Shown piece by piece: positions 47,432 to 56,467 of a stretch of DNA of 64,000 nucleotides (within the stretch, counting starts at the first letter, position 1; each line of letters opens with the position of its first letter). The translations under genes and the position numbers were made by a program. Source of the DNA: Dehalococcoidia bacterium (GTDB taxonomy: Bacteria > Chloroflexota > Dehalococcoidia > Lucifugimonadales > CATQGZ01); assembly GCA_965223945.1 (NCBI GenBank), contig CBDCXW010000001.1:320207-384206 (forward strand), read 5' to 3'. A model generated the notes under the pieces. It made no database searches, had not been told where the DNA came from, and saw only the letters and a list, made by a program, of their open reading frames with translations.

Positions 47432-48601
47432 CTACTCTACCAATCTTCCCGCCTGGGTTGTAGACACAGTCTGTGCGAACCCGGTCGGGCACTCCCGATT
47501 CTTGCAGAAAAATACGCGGAACTCGGTCAGAGGGAGGTCGCGGCTGGCCGCTCTGGCAACACGATACACAGTGGTTCCGACCAACAGCACCCCACCACCG
47601 ACTGCAACCGGGATTCCAAAAGGTCCCATCGATAGTCCCGCACCAACGGCAACTTTCGCTCCAACAGCGGCGGCTGCGCCGAAGCCGGCGGCAGTTGCCG
47701 TGCTCTTCGTGGTATCTATTGCAGCCTTCCTCCCGGTCTTCCGTCCGCGCCTGCAGTGGAGAACGTTTTCCAGCGCGGCAACAGGCGCTTCGATAGCCGC
47801 AGCTATAACCCCACCTTTGGCCGCACTCTTGAGTGTCGCATTGGCCACTACTCGGGTCGCCGCAATGCGGCCCGATGACTTTGCGGCAGCAACTTCAGCG
47901 GCGGTCATGTTCCGGCTGCCCCGCGAGAGGTTCCTGCTGGCATCCTCGAATACCATGTTGCTGGGCCATTTGGATCGACCGGGCGCGGCGACCACCGACT
48001 TGATGTGGCTGCCTTGCCTCCCCTTCAGGTACTCCTTGACGGCGCCTTCTCCCCTGTTGCGGACTATCGTAGGAATCTTCTCGTATACCCGCCGTGCCAT
48101 TGCCTGGGTGCGGACTCCGCGGGAGCCTCCAAGTCCGGTAGATCGGAAATGTCTTTTCATAGCAACGCTAAGGCCGTCCCATCCTCCGGCTGGTGACCTG
48201 GCTGCCGCCGTTCCTACGGTAGCGGCTGCGACGGCAGGTCCACCGGTTTGAGGGCCCATCCGATCGGAAGCCGGTTCCGGTCCATCCTCGACCGATGCGT
48301 AGATTCTCTGCGCGACGGTCCGCGTGCCCTCGGGTATGGTCCGGTTGCAGTGACCGCAAGAGACTTCGTCCTCGGTTGTCTCCTTGTGGGTGTACCCGTG
48401 ACAAAGCCGTCGGACGTAACAGGATTGCTCATATCCCTTCTTTCCGCACTTCGGGCAGTTGATGCAATAATTCTCGTACTTCCCTCGCCGGAATCCATCC
48501 GGCATCTCCACTGGCATCTGCGACAGGCACCTCGAGCCGGGCGGGATCCTGTGGAGACACTGTGAACAAAGCATCTTCTCTTCAGCAATTACATGCCACA
48601 T
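47432..48601 (-). CDS. Uncharacterised protein: N-terminal Cys-rich zinc ribbons, a central HNH-like (H-N-N) motif and a C-terminal Gly/Ala-rich hydrophobic segment
   Basis: The start MWHV at 48601 has GGAAGGGAG 8 nt upstream. Cys pairs are CSQC..., CINCPKC and SCGHC. The central motif is GSHIKSVVAAPGRSKWPSNMVFEDASRNLSRG. The C-terminal part reads AAGFGAAAAVGAKVAVGAGLSMGPFGIPVAVGGGVLLVG. AT-richer than the flanks. Confidence 0.6.
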   Translation of the reverse strand: MWHVIAEEKMLCSQCLHRIPPGSRCLSQMPVEMPDGFRRGKYENYCINCPKCGKKGYEQSCYVRRLCHGYTHKETTEDEVSCGHCNRTIPEGTRTVAQRIYASVEDGPEPASDRMGPQTGGPAVAAATVGTAAARSPAGGWDGLSVAMKRHFRSTGLGGSRGVRTQAMARRVYEKIPTIVRNRGEGAVKEYLKGRQGSHIKSVVAAPGRSKWPSNMVFEDASRNLSRGSRNMTAAEVAAAKSSGRIAATRVVANATLKSAAKGGVIAAAIEAPVAALENVLHCRRGRKTGRKAAIDTTKSTATAAGFGAAAAVGAKVAVGAGLSMGPFGIPVAVGGGVLLVGTTVYRVARAASRDLPLTEFRVFFCKNRECPTGFAQTVSTTQAGRLVE

Positions 48602-48691
48602 ATAGAAAGCTCCCTTCCGTGCCTTCTTGTTCATTCCTGTTGCGAGCCTCAGTTACCGCAACGCACTCGGCGACGGCCGAATTGTGCGGCT

Positions 48692-49093
48692 TCAGCCCTT
48701 TGTCTCACCGGGGGCGGTGTCTGGCTCCTCGTCAAGCAGACGGCTCATCTGCTCACGGGCCTTTCGAATGACCTCGGACTGTTCGGCAATCTTGTCGTAC
48801 AGGTCAGCCCTTGCCTTGGCTCCCTCAGCGATCAGGAAGGCAGCGGTTTCAGACCTGCTGCTGGTCAGACCGCAGTTCACAAGGTCATCAAGCTTTCGTA
48901 GGCTCTCCTTGTTAAGCCTGACCATAACCTGAAAGTCCCGCTCCGTCCGGACTGCCCTGAGTGTCTCCCTGATGGATCCGCTCGCGCCCAACACGGCGTC
49001 ACCTAGGCCTTCGGCGATTCTCCTGCCTCTCGTCCTGCCCTTTGACTGAGCGTCCTCAAACTCGTGTTCATCGTCATTACCGCCGCTGTTCAT
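48692..49093 (-). CDS. Ribbon-helix-helix (CopG/Arc-like) DNA-binding protein
   Basis: 133 aa. DFQVMVRLNKESLRKLDDLVNCGLTSSRSETAAFLIAEG fits a beta-strand/helix/helix RHH pattern. The tails are acidic and disordered. Confidence 0.65.
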   Translation of the reverse strand: MNSGGNDDEHEFEDAQSKGRTRGRRIAEGLGDAVLGASGSIRETLRAVRTERDFQVMVRLNKESLRKLDDLVNCGLTSSRSETAAFLIAEGAKARADLYDKIAEQSEVIRKAREQMSRLLDEEPDTAPGETKG

Positions 49094-49133
49094 ATGTTTC
49101 GGCCTTTCACCATAACACCATTCTACGTAAGTG

Positions 49134-49163
49134 TATAATGGCTATACTCATTATCTTTGTCAA
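49134..49163. promoter_or_regulatory. Divergent overlapping promoters with an embedded palindrome
   Basis: Minus strand: TTGACA (49163-49158), 17 nt, CATTAT (49140-49135), upstream of the RHH gene. Plus strand: perfect TATAAT at 49134-49139, upstream of 49229. Inverted repeat ATAATG (49135-49140) / CATTAT (49149-49154). Confidence 0.5.
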
Positions 49164-49228
49164 CCCCAATTTTCCGAAATCCCTAACCCGTCCTTGTCCA
49201 CCCTGAGACGCGCGCCTATACTCGGGAC

Positions 49229-50254
49229 ATGAGAGCCTTGGTATTGGAGTCGCCGGGAGACCCGCCCTCGTTGGCTGTCCACGAGCGGGACGCGCCAGCC
49301 GTCGGGCCGGGCGATGTCCTGGTCAGGGTAGCGGCGGCCGGGCTCTGCGGCCACGATGTCGCGGTGATGCGGGGGACGCTGCGAAGAGGCGTGAGACCCG
49401 GCGTCATCCTCGGTCATGAGATATCGGGCACAGTCGTCGAGACTGGCGGCGAAGTCAGGTCGGTCCGCGTGGGCGACGCAGTCGTTTCGACCCTGACCAC
49501 GTTCTGCGGCGACTGCGAGCGCTGCCTGTCCGGCGACGACTACCGCTGTCTCTACGCCCGCGGCATCGGCCACGGGGTCGGCGGCGGCTTCGCAGAGCTT
49601 GTGGCCCTGCCCGAAGGCAGCGTCATTCCGGTATCTAACGGCATTGACCTGGAGTGGGCGTGCCTCCTGTCCTGCCCAATGGGTGTAGCAGTCCAGGCCG
49701 CCCGGGACGTAGCAGGGGTGAGGGCCGGAGAGACCGTGGTCGTTACCGGCGCGGGCGGCGGGCTCGGAGTGCACGCCGCGCTTGCGGCGGCCGCCCTGGG
49801 GGCGCGGGTACTGGCCCTCACCACATCCGTAGGCAAGATCGCCCCACTCGAAGGCCTCGGCCTGGAAGTGGTCCACTCCGACGAGCTGCCGTTCTCCGAG
49901 CTCGTCCTCGCTCTGACCGAAGACCGCGGAGCGGACGTGGTGCTGGACGCCGTGGGGTCGGCGGTATTCGAGCAGTCTCTGCGCAGCCTGTCTCAGGGGG
50001 GAAGGCTGGTGCTGATCGGCGAGGTCGCAGGCTCCAAGGTAGAGGTGAGCCCGGCGGAGATCATGTTCCGCAACGCCACTATCGCGGGGGCTACCGGCGC
50101 ATCGAGGAGGCATGCCGCCGACGCGCTGGCTATGCTGAGGTCCGGAGCGATGGACTGCGTAGTATCGCGCCGCTTCCCCTTTGAGGAGGCGCGCGAGGCC
50201 TACAGGCTCATGCGGAACGGCGAGTCCTTCGGCAGACTGCTGTTGATTCCCTAG
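49229..50254 (+). CDS. MDR-family zinc-binding dehydrogenase / quinone oxidoreductase-like
   Basis: Contains AAGLCGHDVAVMRG, GHEISGTV, CGDCERC and VTGAGGGLG. Confidence 0.85.
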   Translation: MRALVLESPGDPPSLAVHERDAPAVGPGDVLVRVAAAGLCGHDVAVMRGTLRRGVRPGVILGHEISGTVVETGGEVRSVRVGDAVVSTLTTFCGDCERCLSGDDYRCLYARGIGHGVGGGFAELVALPEGSVIPVSNGIDLEWACLLSCPMGVAVQAARDVAGVRAGETVVVTGAGGGLGVHAALAAAALGARVLALTTSVGKIAPLEGLGLEVVHSDELPFSELVLALTEDRGADVVLDAVGSAVFEQSLRSLSQGGRLVLIGEVAGSKVEVSPAEIMFRNATIAGATGASRRHAADALAMLRSGAMDCVVSRRFPFEEAREAYRLMRNGESFGRLLLIP

Positions 50255-51402
50255 GTTGGGCGGCGGAACAGTCTGCGGAAGTCGCCCTGATCCCAGGACA
50301 CGAGCATCTGGCTGGCTATTCCGACCGAGCTGTACGTTCCCACGACCACGCCTATGAGGAGGACCAGAAGGAACTCCCTGATGGTCGAGCCCCCAAGCAG
50401 CAGCAGGGCCAGCAGGGTGAATAGAAGCGTCAGGCTCGTGTTCAGAGAACGGCTGATGGTCTCGGATATGCTGACGTTAACGTTGTCGGTCAGCGTCCGG
50501 TTGGGATAGTTCAGAACGTTCTCTCTCAGCCGGTCGAACACCACGATCGTATCGTTGACGCTGTAGCCGATCACCGTCAACAGGGCGATCATGAACATGA
50601 GGTTGACTTCGACATCCAACAGCTCTCCAAGAATGGCGAATATCCCTACTACGATGGCCGTGTCGTGCAGGAGGGCGACGATTGCGGCGGCGCTGTACCT
50701 GAACGGGCTCGGAACGTTCCTGAAGGCCCACCAGACGTACAAGAATATGCCCACCGCGGCAAGCAGCACCGCAAAGAAGGCGTTACGCACCGTCTCCTCG
50801 GCTACCGAGGGCGATACGCCGTCGAAGGCGATCACCTCGACGCCGCCGATCGTAACCAGCACGTTCGCCACAGGCGCCCCGTCGCCGACTGCCAGCACCA
50901 CCTCGCTTTCGTTGGGGCCCGGCTCCAGCGACATGACCAGTTCGCCGGACGGTGTGACATCGTCCGTATCCACGATAAGGCGGCCCGTTCTCTCACCCGA
51001 CTCCGCCCTTATCGAGACTCCGCCCGGTTCCGACGGTATGGTAAGGGCCACGCGGCCGTCGGCGTCGGTGCGTCCCACGGAGGCGAAAGACGGCTCCAGA
51101 GCCTCGTTCACGCCGGCGACTACGACATTCTTTTCCTCTGTGCTCAGCTCTTTGGTACGAATGAAGTACGTGTTGTCGCCGAGCCCCTGGACGATGGCGT
51201 CGGGGTGTCCAAGATCGGCCATCACCGTCCGAACGTCCTCCTGGTCGACACTCTCAGAGAACAGCAGCGTTATGCTCGATCCGCCCGTGAAGTCGAGGCC
51301 CGCCTTCAGTCCGTCTATCGGGGGGGCCAGGAAGACCATCCCCGGCAGGATTACCAGCAGGGATATGAGAAAGAACCACTTCCTCTTTCCAGCGAAGTCC
51401 AT
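50251..51402 (-). CDS. secF: Protein translocase subunit SecF
   Basis: The likely start MDFAGKRKWFFLISLLVILPG at 51402 follows the secD stop directly. Contains GLDFTGGS and C-terminal TM helices. The track ORF's 88-aa extension overlaps secD. Confidence 0.9.
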   Translation of the reverse strand: MDFAGKRKWFFLISLLVILPGMVFLAPPIDGLKAGLDFTGGSSITLLFSESVDQEDVRTVMADLGHPDAIVQGLGDNTYFIRTKELSTEEKNVVVAGVNEALEPSFASVGRTDADGRVALTIPSEPGGVSIRAESGERTGRLIVDTDDVTPSGELVMSLEPGPNESEVVLAVGDGAPVANVLVTIGGVEVIAFDGVSPSVAEETVRNAFFAVLLAAVGIFLYVWWAFRNVPSPFRYSAAAIVALLHDTAIVVGIFAILGELLDVEVNLMFMIALLTVIGYSVNDTIVVFDRLRENVLNYPNRTLTDNVNVSISETISRSLNTSLTLLFTLLALLLLGGSTIREFLLVLLIGVVVGTYSSVGIASQMLVSWDQGDFRRLFRRPT

Positions 51403-51404
51403 AT

Positions 51405-53198
51405 CTAGCTCCCTGCCGCCCTCTGCGGCAGCTCGGAGCCGCCCGCGGGTACGAACATCTCGGGCCGGCGCGCCAGTCTCGTGAGCGCGATCGTCCTCAG
51501 GAAGGTCCGGCTCACCACGACGGCGGTGAACAGGCTGATCAGCACACCGACGGCGAGTGCCACCGCGAACCCCTGAACGACGGTAGTGCCGAGCTGGTTC
51601 GAGAAGTAGAAGAGGATGCCGCACGTGATCAGGGTCGACACATTCCCGTCCCTGATCGCGGGCCAAGCGCGGCTGAACCCGATATTTACCGCCGACAGCA
51701 TGGTGCGGCCCGCCCTGAGCTCCTCCTTCATCCGCTCGAATATCAGAATGTTGGCGTCGACGGCCATGCCTATCGAGAGAATCACAGCGGCCACGCCCGA
51801 GAGCGTGAGGGTTATAGGAATCAGCTTGAAGAGGGACAGAACGACCGCAGCGTAGATGAGCAGGGCTACAGCGGAAACCACTCCCGGGACCCTGTAGTAC
51901 AGCACCATGAACAGCAGCACAAGGACAAAGCCTATCACGCCCGCAACCACGCTCTTGTTGAGGGAGTCGGCGCCGAGGATGGCGTCGACGTCGCGCCGCT
52001 GTATGCGCTTGATGGTGAGCGGAAGGGCGCCCGACTGCAACTGAAGCGCCAAGTCCTGAGAGGACTCGATGGTAAATCTGCCGCCCTCGATGATGGTCGT
52101 ACCAGTCGTTATCGGCGCATTCACGACCGGAGCGATCAGCTCGTCGCCGTCGAGGATGATGGCTATCCGGTCGGTATCCTGCTTCAGGTAGAGGTCACTG
52201 GTAAGCTGCCCCCATATCCGAGTCCCCCTGGACTTGAACTCCAGGACGACGATCGGCTGCCCAGTCGAGGCGTGCTGGTCGGGATAGGCCCTGTCCAGGT
52301 CGTCGCCGGTGAGTGCGCCGTACTCGGGCACCTTGTCGACGAAGGTCAGTATCTCCGTCAGGTCCCGGACGACCGCCGCATCGCCCAGCAGCAGCTCCGC
52401 CTCCGCGAGGGCGGGCTCACTGGTTTCCGGGAATGGGAACGGGAAGGCGAAGCTGTTGGTGCCCTCGATCCTCTGGATTGCAAATCCGGGGACGATGTCC
52501 TTGAGGGGAGCATTCCCTTCTATCGCTATCTCCAGGGCGATTGCGGTCGAGGCTTCCAAAGTAGGCTGGGACAGGTTCCCCAGCAGCTGGTCTACTACGC
52601 CTTCAAACTTCGACGCACCCTCGTCCGTGAACTCGACGATCAGGACAGGCGGCGTCTCGGATGCTGCGGACTCCGGCGTCGGCTCGGGCGTGAGCGTCTC
52701 GCTCTCGCCTTCTTCAGACTCTGGCTCGGGAAACGGCCCAGCGCTCACGGAGACGACATCGTCCTCAATAGATATCGCCTCCAGCGGACGAGCGACGTTG
52801 AGCTCCCTGTGCTTGAATTCCAGCTGCGCCGTTTGTCCCATCAGCCTCTCGGCCCTGTCCGGGTCACGCACGCCCGGAAGCTGCACGAGCAGTCTGTCTT
52901 CACCGAGTATCTGTATGTTGGGCTCGCCGATTCCCGACGCGTTGACACGGTCGTTTATGGAGCGCTCGAGCGCCTGCATCTGACTGGGCTCGGGTATGAT
53001 CGGAAGTTCCGTCTCCCTGTCCACAGCCTGGTAGACAAGGTGGGTGCCTCCCTGCAGATCGAGGCCGAGCCGCAGACCCAGCAGGGTGTCGTCACCACGC
53101 TCGAAGCCGCCTACTGAAAAGGTCTGGAAGCCGAGTACGAGGACAGCCACTACAGTGACTATCAGGACCATTGTCAGCGACCGGTAGTACCTACGCAC
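51405..53198 (-). CDS. secD: Protein translocase subunit SecD
   Basis: 597 aa. Contains LGLDLQGGTHLVYQA and the C-terminal RND-like TM bundle (LSGVAAVILSIGMAVDANILIFERMKEE). Confidence 0.9.
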   Translation of the reverse strand: MRRYYRSLTMVLIVTVVAVLVLGFQTFSVGGFERGDDTLLGLRLGLDLQGGTHLVYQAVDRETELPIIPEPSQMQALERSINDRVNASGIGEPNIQILGEDRLLVQLPGVRDPDRAERLMGQTAQLEFKHRELNVARPLEAISIEDDVVSVSAGPFPEPESEEGESETLTPEPTPESAASETPPVLIVEFTDEGASKFEGVVDQLLGNLSQPTLEASTAIALEIAIEGNAPLKDIVPGFAIQRIEGTNSFAFPFPFPETSEPALAEAELLLGDAAVVRDLTEILTFVDKVPEYGALTGDDLDRAYPDQHASTGQPIVVLEFKSRGTRIWGQLTSDLYLKQDTDRIAIILDGDELIAPVVNAPITTGTTIIEGGRFTIESSQDLALQLQSGALPLTIKRIQRRDVDAILGADSLNKSVVAGVIGFVLVLLFMVLYYRVPGVVSAVALLIYAAVVLSLFKLIPITLTLSGVAAVILSIGMAVDANILIFERMKEELRAGRTMLSAVNIGFSRAWPAIRDGNVSTLITCGILFYFSNQLGTTVVQGFAVALAVGVLISLFTAVVVSRTFLRTIALTRLARRPEMFVPAGGSELPQRAAGS

Positions 53199-54735
53199 TC
53201 CGACCCCCGGCGTTCAGATGCATGCGAATCAAGTCCAGGGCCTCCGCTTTCGTCTCAACCTCTCCGCCGGCCTGGGCCTCCGTGGCGACATCAAGGAGTG
53301 CGCCTATCTGAGGGCCTGGTGCGATGGCGAAGGCATCCATTATATCCCGACCGTCCACGAGGTTTGGTAGGGCCTGCGGGGCCTTCTCGGTGAGACCCTC
53401 CTCCAGGATAAACCGAATCAGCTCGCAATAGTCCGCCCACTCGTCCTCCTGGAGATCAGTACCGCGAGCCGCGATGTAATCAGCCAGGTTGAGGTAGAGC
53501 GTCGGAATGGCGGCCTCTCCGAGATCTCTGTAGAACCGGTAGACGGCCCTTCCAGAGGGCATCTCCCCTTTGGGAGCCATCTGAGCGGGCCGCAGGTGGT
53601 TCTGGACCATCGTGCCGAGCAGATCGGTCCCCCGGCGGCTCAATCGCAGCCGCTCCAGGATTCCCCGCACCATTTCGGCGCCTACGGAGTGATGGCCCAG
53701 GAACCGTATGCGACCAGACTCCTCAACCGTCCTGGTCGCCGGCTTCGCCACGTCGTGGAGGAGTCCCCCCAGCTTCATCAGCGTTGCCAGTGTATGTCCG
53801 TCGCTGCCCTCCTGTTGGAAGTAGCCAGCGAGGGACTCGGGCCGTGGGACCGCGCGACTGACGAAGTCGTCTCCGTCGGGATCATCGCCCAAGACGGTCT
53901 CCACCTGACCGGCGGTTTCCACCAGGTGGTTGAAGACATCCCAGTAGTGCTCCTTGGGCTGCGTTACGTTACGGGCCTCCTCGATCTCTGGGATGACCCT
54001 GCACAGCAGGTGGAGGCGGTCGAGAAGTCGGACCGCCTTAGTTGCACCGGGCTGCGCCAGTAGCAGGAGCAGCTCGTCGCGGACACGCTCAGACGCCACG
54101 GTGCTCACGAGAGCGGCCTCGCAGCGCACCATCTGCTCCGTCGCAGGCTCGATGTCGAAGCCCAGCTGCACCGCGAGTCTGGCGGCCCGCATGAGGCGCG
54201 CCGGGTCCGCCCTGAAGGTATCGTCGCTGACCGCCCGAATGACACGAGCGCGCAGATCGGCGAGTCCACCGGTAGGGTCCATGAGACCGCGAGGCTCGAC
54301 ATGAAGGCCGACCCCTGGCAGCGGGACCGCCATGGCGTCGACGGTAAAGTCGCGGCCCAGGAGGAGGTCAACAATTCCGTCACTCGCGCCGGCGAGGTCG
54401 ACTTGCCAGTGCTCGTCACCGCGGACATGTACGCGGCAGATGTCCCTGGCGTCATCAAGGACCACCAGGCGTCCATCCATCGCCGAGGCGATCTCTCGCC
54501 CAGCCGAGACGGCGTCACCCTCCACCGCAAGGTCCAGGTCGCTAATCGGCCTGCGCAGCATCGCGTCGCGAAGAGTTCCCCCCACGAGAAAGACCGCGAC
54601 GCCACGGGCTGCGAAGAGGTCGCGCAGCCTCTGCACAAGCGGCGGAAACACGAGGCAGTCTACCTCGATGGACGTCCTAGATGCGACCGTATAAGGGCTC
54701 AATGATGTCCGACTTCCAGGCGGCGATAGCAACAC
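53191..54735 (-). CDS. CCA tRNA nucleotidyltransferase / poly(A) polymerase family protein with HD domain
   Basis: Contains FLVGGTLRDAMLRRPISDLDLAV (GGxxRD...DxD) and LLHDVAKP...FLGHH (HD domain). The true start is uncertain. Confidence 0.8.
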   Translation of the reverse strand: MLLSPPGSRTSLSPYTVASRTSIEVDCLVFPPLVQRLRDLFAARGVAVFLVGGTLRDAMLRRPISDLDLAVEGDAVSAGREIASAMDGRLVVLDDARDICRVHVRGDEHWQVDLAGASDGIVDLLLGRDFTVDAMAVPLPGVGLHVEPRGLMDPTGGLADLRARVIRAVSDDTFRADPARLMRAARLAVQLGFDIEPATEQMVRCEAALVSTVASERVRDELLLLLAQPGATKAVRLLDRLHLLCRVIPEIEEARNVTQPKEHYWDVFNHLVETAGQVETVLGDDPDGDDFVSRAVPRPESLAGYFQQEGSDGHTLATLMKLGGLLHDVAKPATRTVEESGRIRFLGHHSVGAEMVRGILERLRLSRRGTDLLGTMVQNHLRPAQMAPKGEMPSGRAVYRFYRDLGEAAIPTLYLNLADYIAARGTDLQEDEWADYCELIRFILEEGLTEKAPQALPNLVDGRDIMDAFAIAPGPQIGALLDVATEAQAGGEVETKAEALDLIRMHLNAGGRSA

Positions 54736-54792
54736 GATAGACAGAGTTGAAAATACGGTGGGGTGGTCTTCCTGGCCGGAAGCAGCCGGGGG

Positions 54793-55380
54793 CTACTTGA
54801 CCTTTACCGTCGCCGGAGTCTCTCTTGAGTCGAGATGACCATTACCCGGCGTGACGACCGCCGGCTCCTGAACTGGCCTCGTCCCGTTCTCAGGCCCGGC
54901 GGCCTCGAATTCGCTTATAGGTATGAGACGTTCGTGCTCCTTGAGGTGGTCCACGTAGAGGATCCCGTCCAGATGATCGACCTCATGCTCGACGGCAAGC
55001 GACAGCAGGTCGTCCGCCCTGAGCTTCACCACTCTGGCGGTCTCATCCAAAGCCTTGAACTTGATCCATACCGAGCGAGTAATCAAGCCCCTATACCCGG
55101 GTATGCTCAGGCACCCGTCGTATTGGTCTCGTTCACCCTCCCGGTGGACGATTTCGGGGTTGATGTATATACGGGCCTCCTCTTCCTCGGGAAGTTGGAT
55201 TACGATCACCCTCTTCAGCACTCCGACCTGGTTTGCCGCCAGCCCGACACCATCCGCGCCCCTCATGGTATCGACCATGTCTTCGGCGAGCTTGAGCACG
55301 GAAGCGTCTATCTTCCTGACCTTTCTGGCTCGCTGCCTGAGGGCGGGATCGGGCAGCTTAAGTATCGGCAGGACGGCCAT
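54793..55380 (-). CDS. def: Peptide deformylase
   Basis: The start MAVLPILKLPDP at 55380 has GGAGAC 8 nt upstream. The three signature motifs are GVGLAANQVG, DGCLSIPG and HEVDHLDG. There is a C-terminal extension of about 40 aa. Confidence 0.9.
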   Translation of the reverse strand: MAVLPILKLPDPALRQRARKVRKIDASVLKLAEDMVDTMRGADGVGLAANQVGVLKRVIVIQLPEEEEARIYINPEIVHREGERDQYDGCLSIPGYRGLITRSVWIKFKALDETARVVKLRADDLLSLAVEHEVDHLDGILYVDHLKEHERLIPISEFEAAGPENGTRPVQEPAVVTPGNGHLDSRETPATVKVK

Positions 55381-55553
55381 CTCGAACTGTCTCCAAACAC
55401 ACACATGCGCCATGTTATGCTATGGCGCACAGCGCGATTATATATGGCGTGGACTCGTCTGTAAACCGATGGACGCCCATCCTGGGATGGAGGCCTCGGC
55501 GTTGAAGACCCTCAGCCCCTCACCGACAAGGGCGGCGTGAAGGAGCCCACGAC

Positions 55554-56453
55554 ATGAACATCCTCGTTTCAGGCTCCACAGGCTTCATCGGCTCATCTCT
55601 CGTCCCGTATCTCGTCTCCTCGGGCCACGACGTTACGCGTCTGGTCAGGCGCGAGCTCGGAAGTGAGGAACCGGAGGTCCGCTGGGACCCGGCGGCGGGA
55701 ACCATTGAATCCTCTGCCTTAAGGGGGACCGATGGCGTAGTCCACCTTGCGGGTGAGAGCGCGGTAGGCCGGTGGACCGCCCGCAAGAAGGCGCGCATTC
55801 TGGAAAGCCGGGCGAACGGGACGAGGATGCTCTGTCAGGCACTTGGAGACCTCAATCCGCCTCCCAGAGTACTTATCTGCGCCTCCGGGCTTGACTTCTA
55901 CGGGGACAGAGGAGACACGCTGGTGTCGGAGGACACAGATCCCGGCAGCGGATTCCTCGCGGAGGTGACGGCGGCATGGGAGGCCGCGACGAAGCCCGCC
56001 ACCGACGCTGGCATCAGGGTGGTGAGGGCCCGATTGGGCATGGTCGTGGGCAATGGCGGCGGCGCACTCTCCAGGATGCTGCCAGCGTTCAGACTTGGAC
56101 TGGGCGGACGATTCGGAGGAGGCCGCCAACACGTCAGCTGGCTCTCACTCACGGACCTCGTCCGCGTGGTTCACCACATCCTGGTGACGGACTCACTCGA
56201 TGGGCCGGTAAACGTCTCCACGCCGATGCCGGTCACGAACGCGGAGTTCGCCAAGACCCTCGGCCGCGTCCTGTCCAGGCCTGCCGTTCTCCCAGTTCCG
56301 GCTTTCGGACTGCGGCTGGCCCTAGGAGAGATGGCCAGCATGGTACTGGCCAGCGTCAGGCTGGACCCCTCGAAGCTGGTCAGGTCCGGCTTCGAGTTCC
56401 GTTATCCGGAGCTCGAAGATGCGCTGCGTACCGAGTTGGGATACCTGAGGTAG
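55554..56453 (+). CDS. NAD-dependent epimerase/dehydratase family protein (YfcH/TIGR01777-like)
   Basis: Begins MNILVSGSTGFIGSSL (Rossmann fold). The C-terminal region is typical of the DUF1731-containing subgroup. Confidence 0.8.
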   Translation: MNILVSGSTGFIGSSLVPYLVSSGHDVTRLVRRELGSEEPEVRWDPAAGTIESSALRGTDGVVHLAGESAVGRWTARKKARILESRANGTRMLCQALGDLNPPPRVLICASGLDFYGDRGDTLVSEDTDPGSGFLAEVTAAWEAATKPATDAGIRVVRARLGMVVGNGGGALSRMLPAFRLGLGGRFGGGRQHVSWLSLTDLVRVVHHILVTDSLDGPVNVSTPMPVTNAEFAKTLGRVLSRPAVLPVPAFGLRLALGEMASMVLASVRLDPSKLVRSGFEFRYPELEDALRTELGYLR

Positions 56454-56467
56454 AAGTGGCTTAAGGC

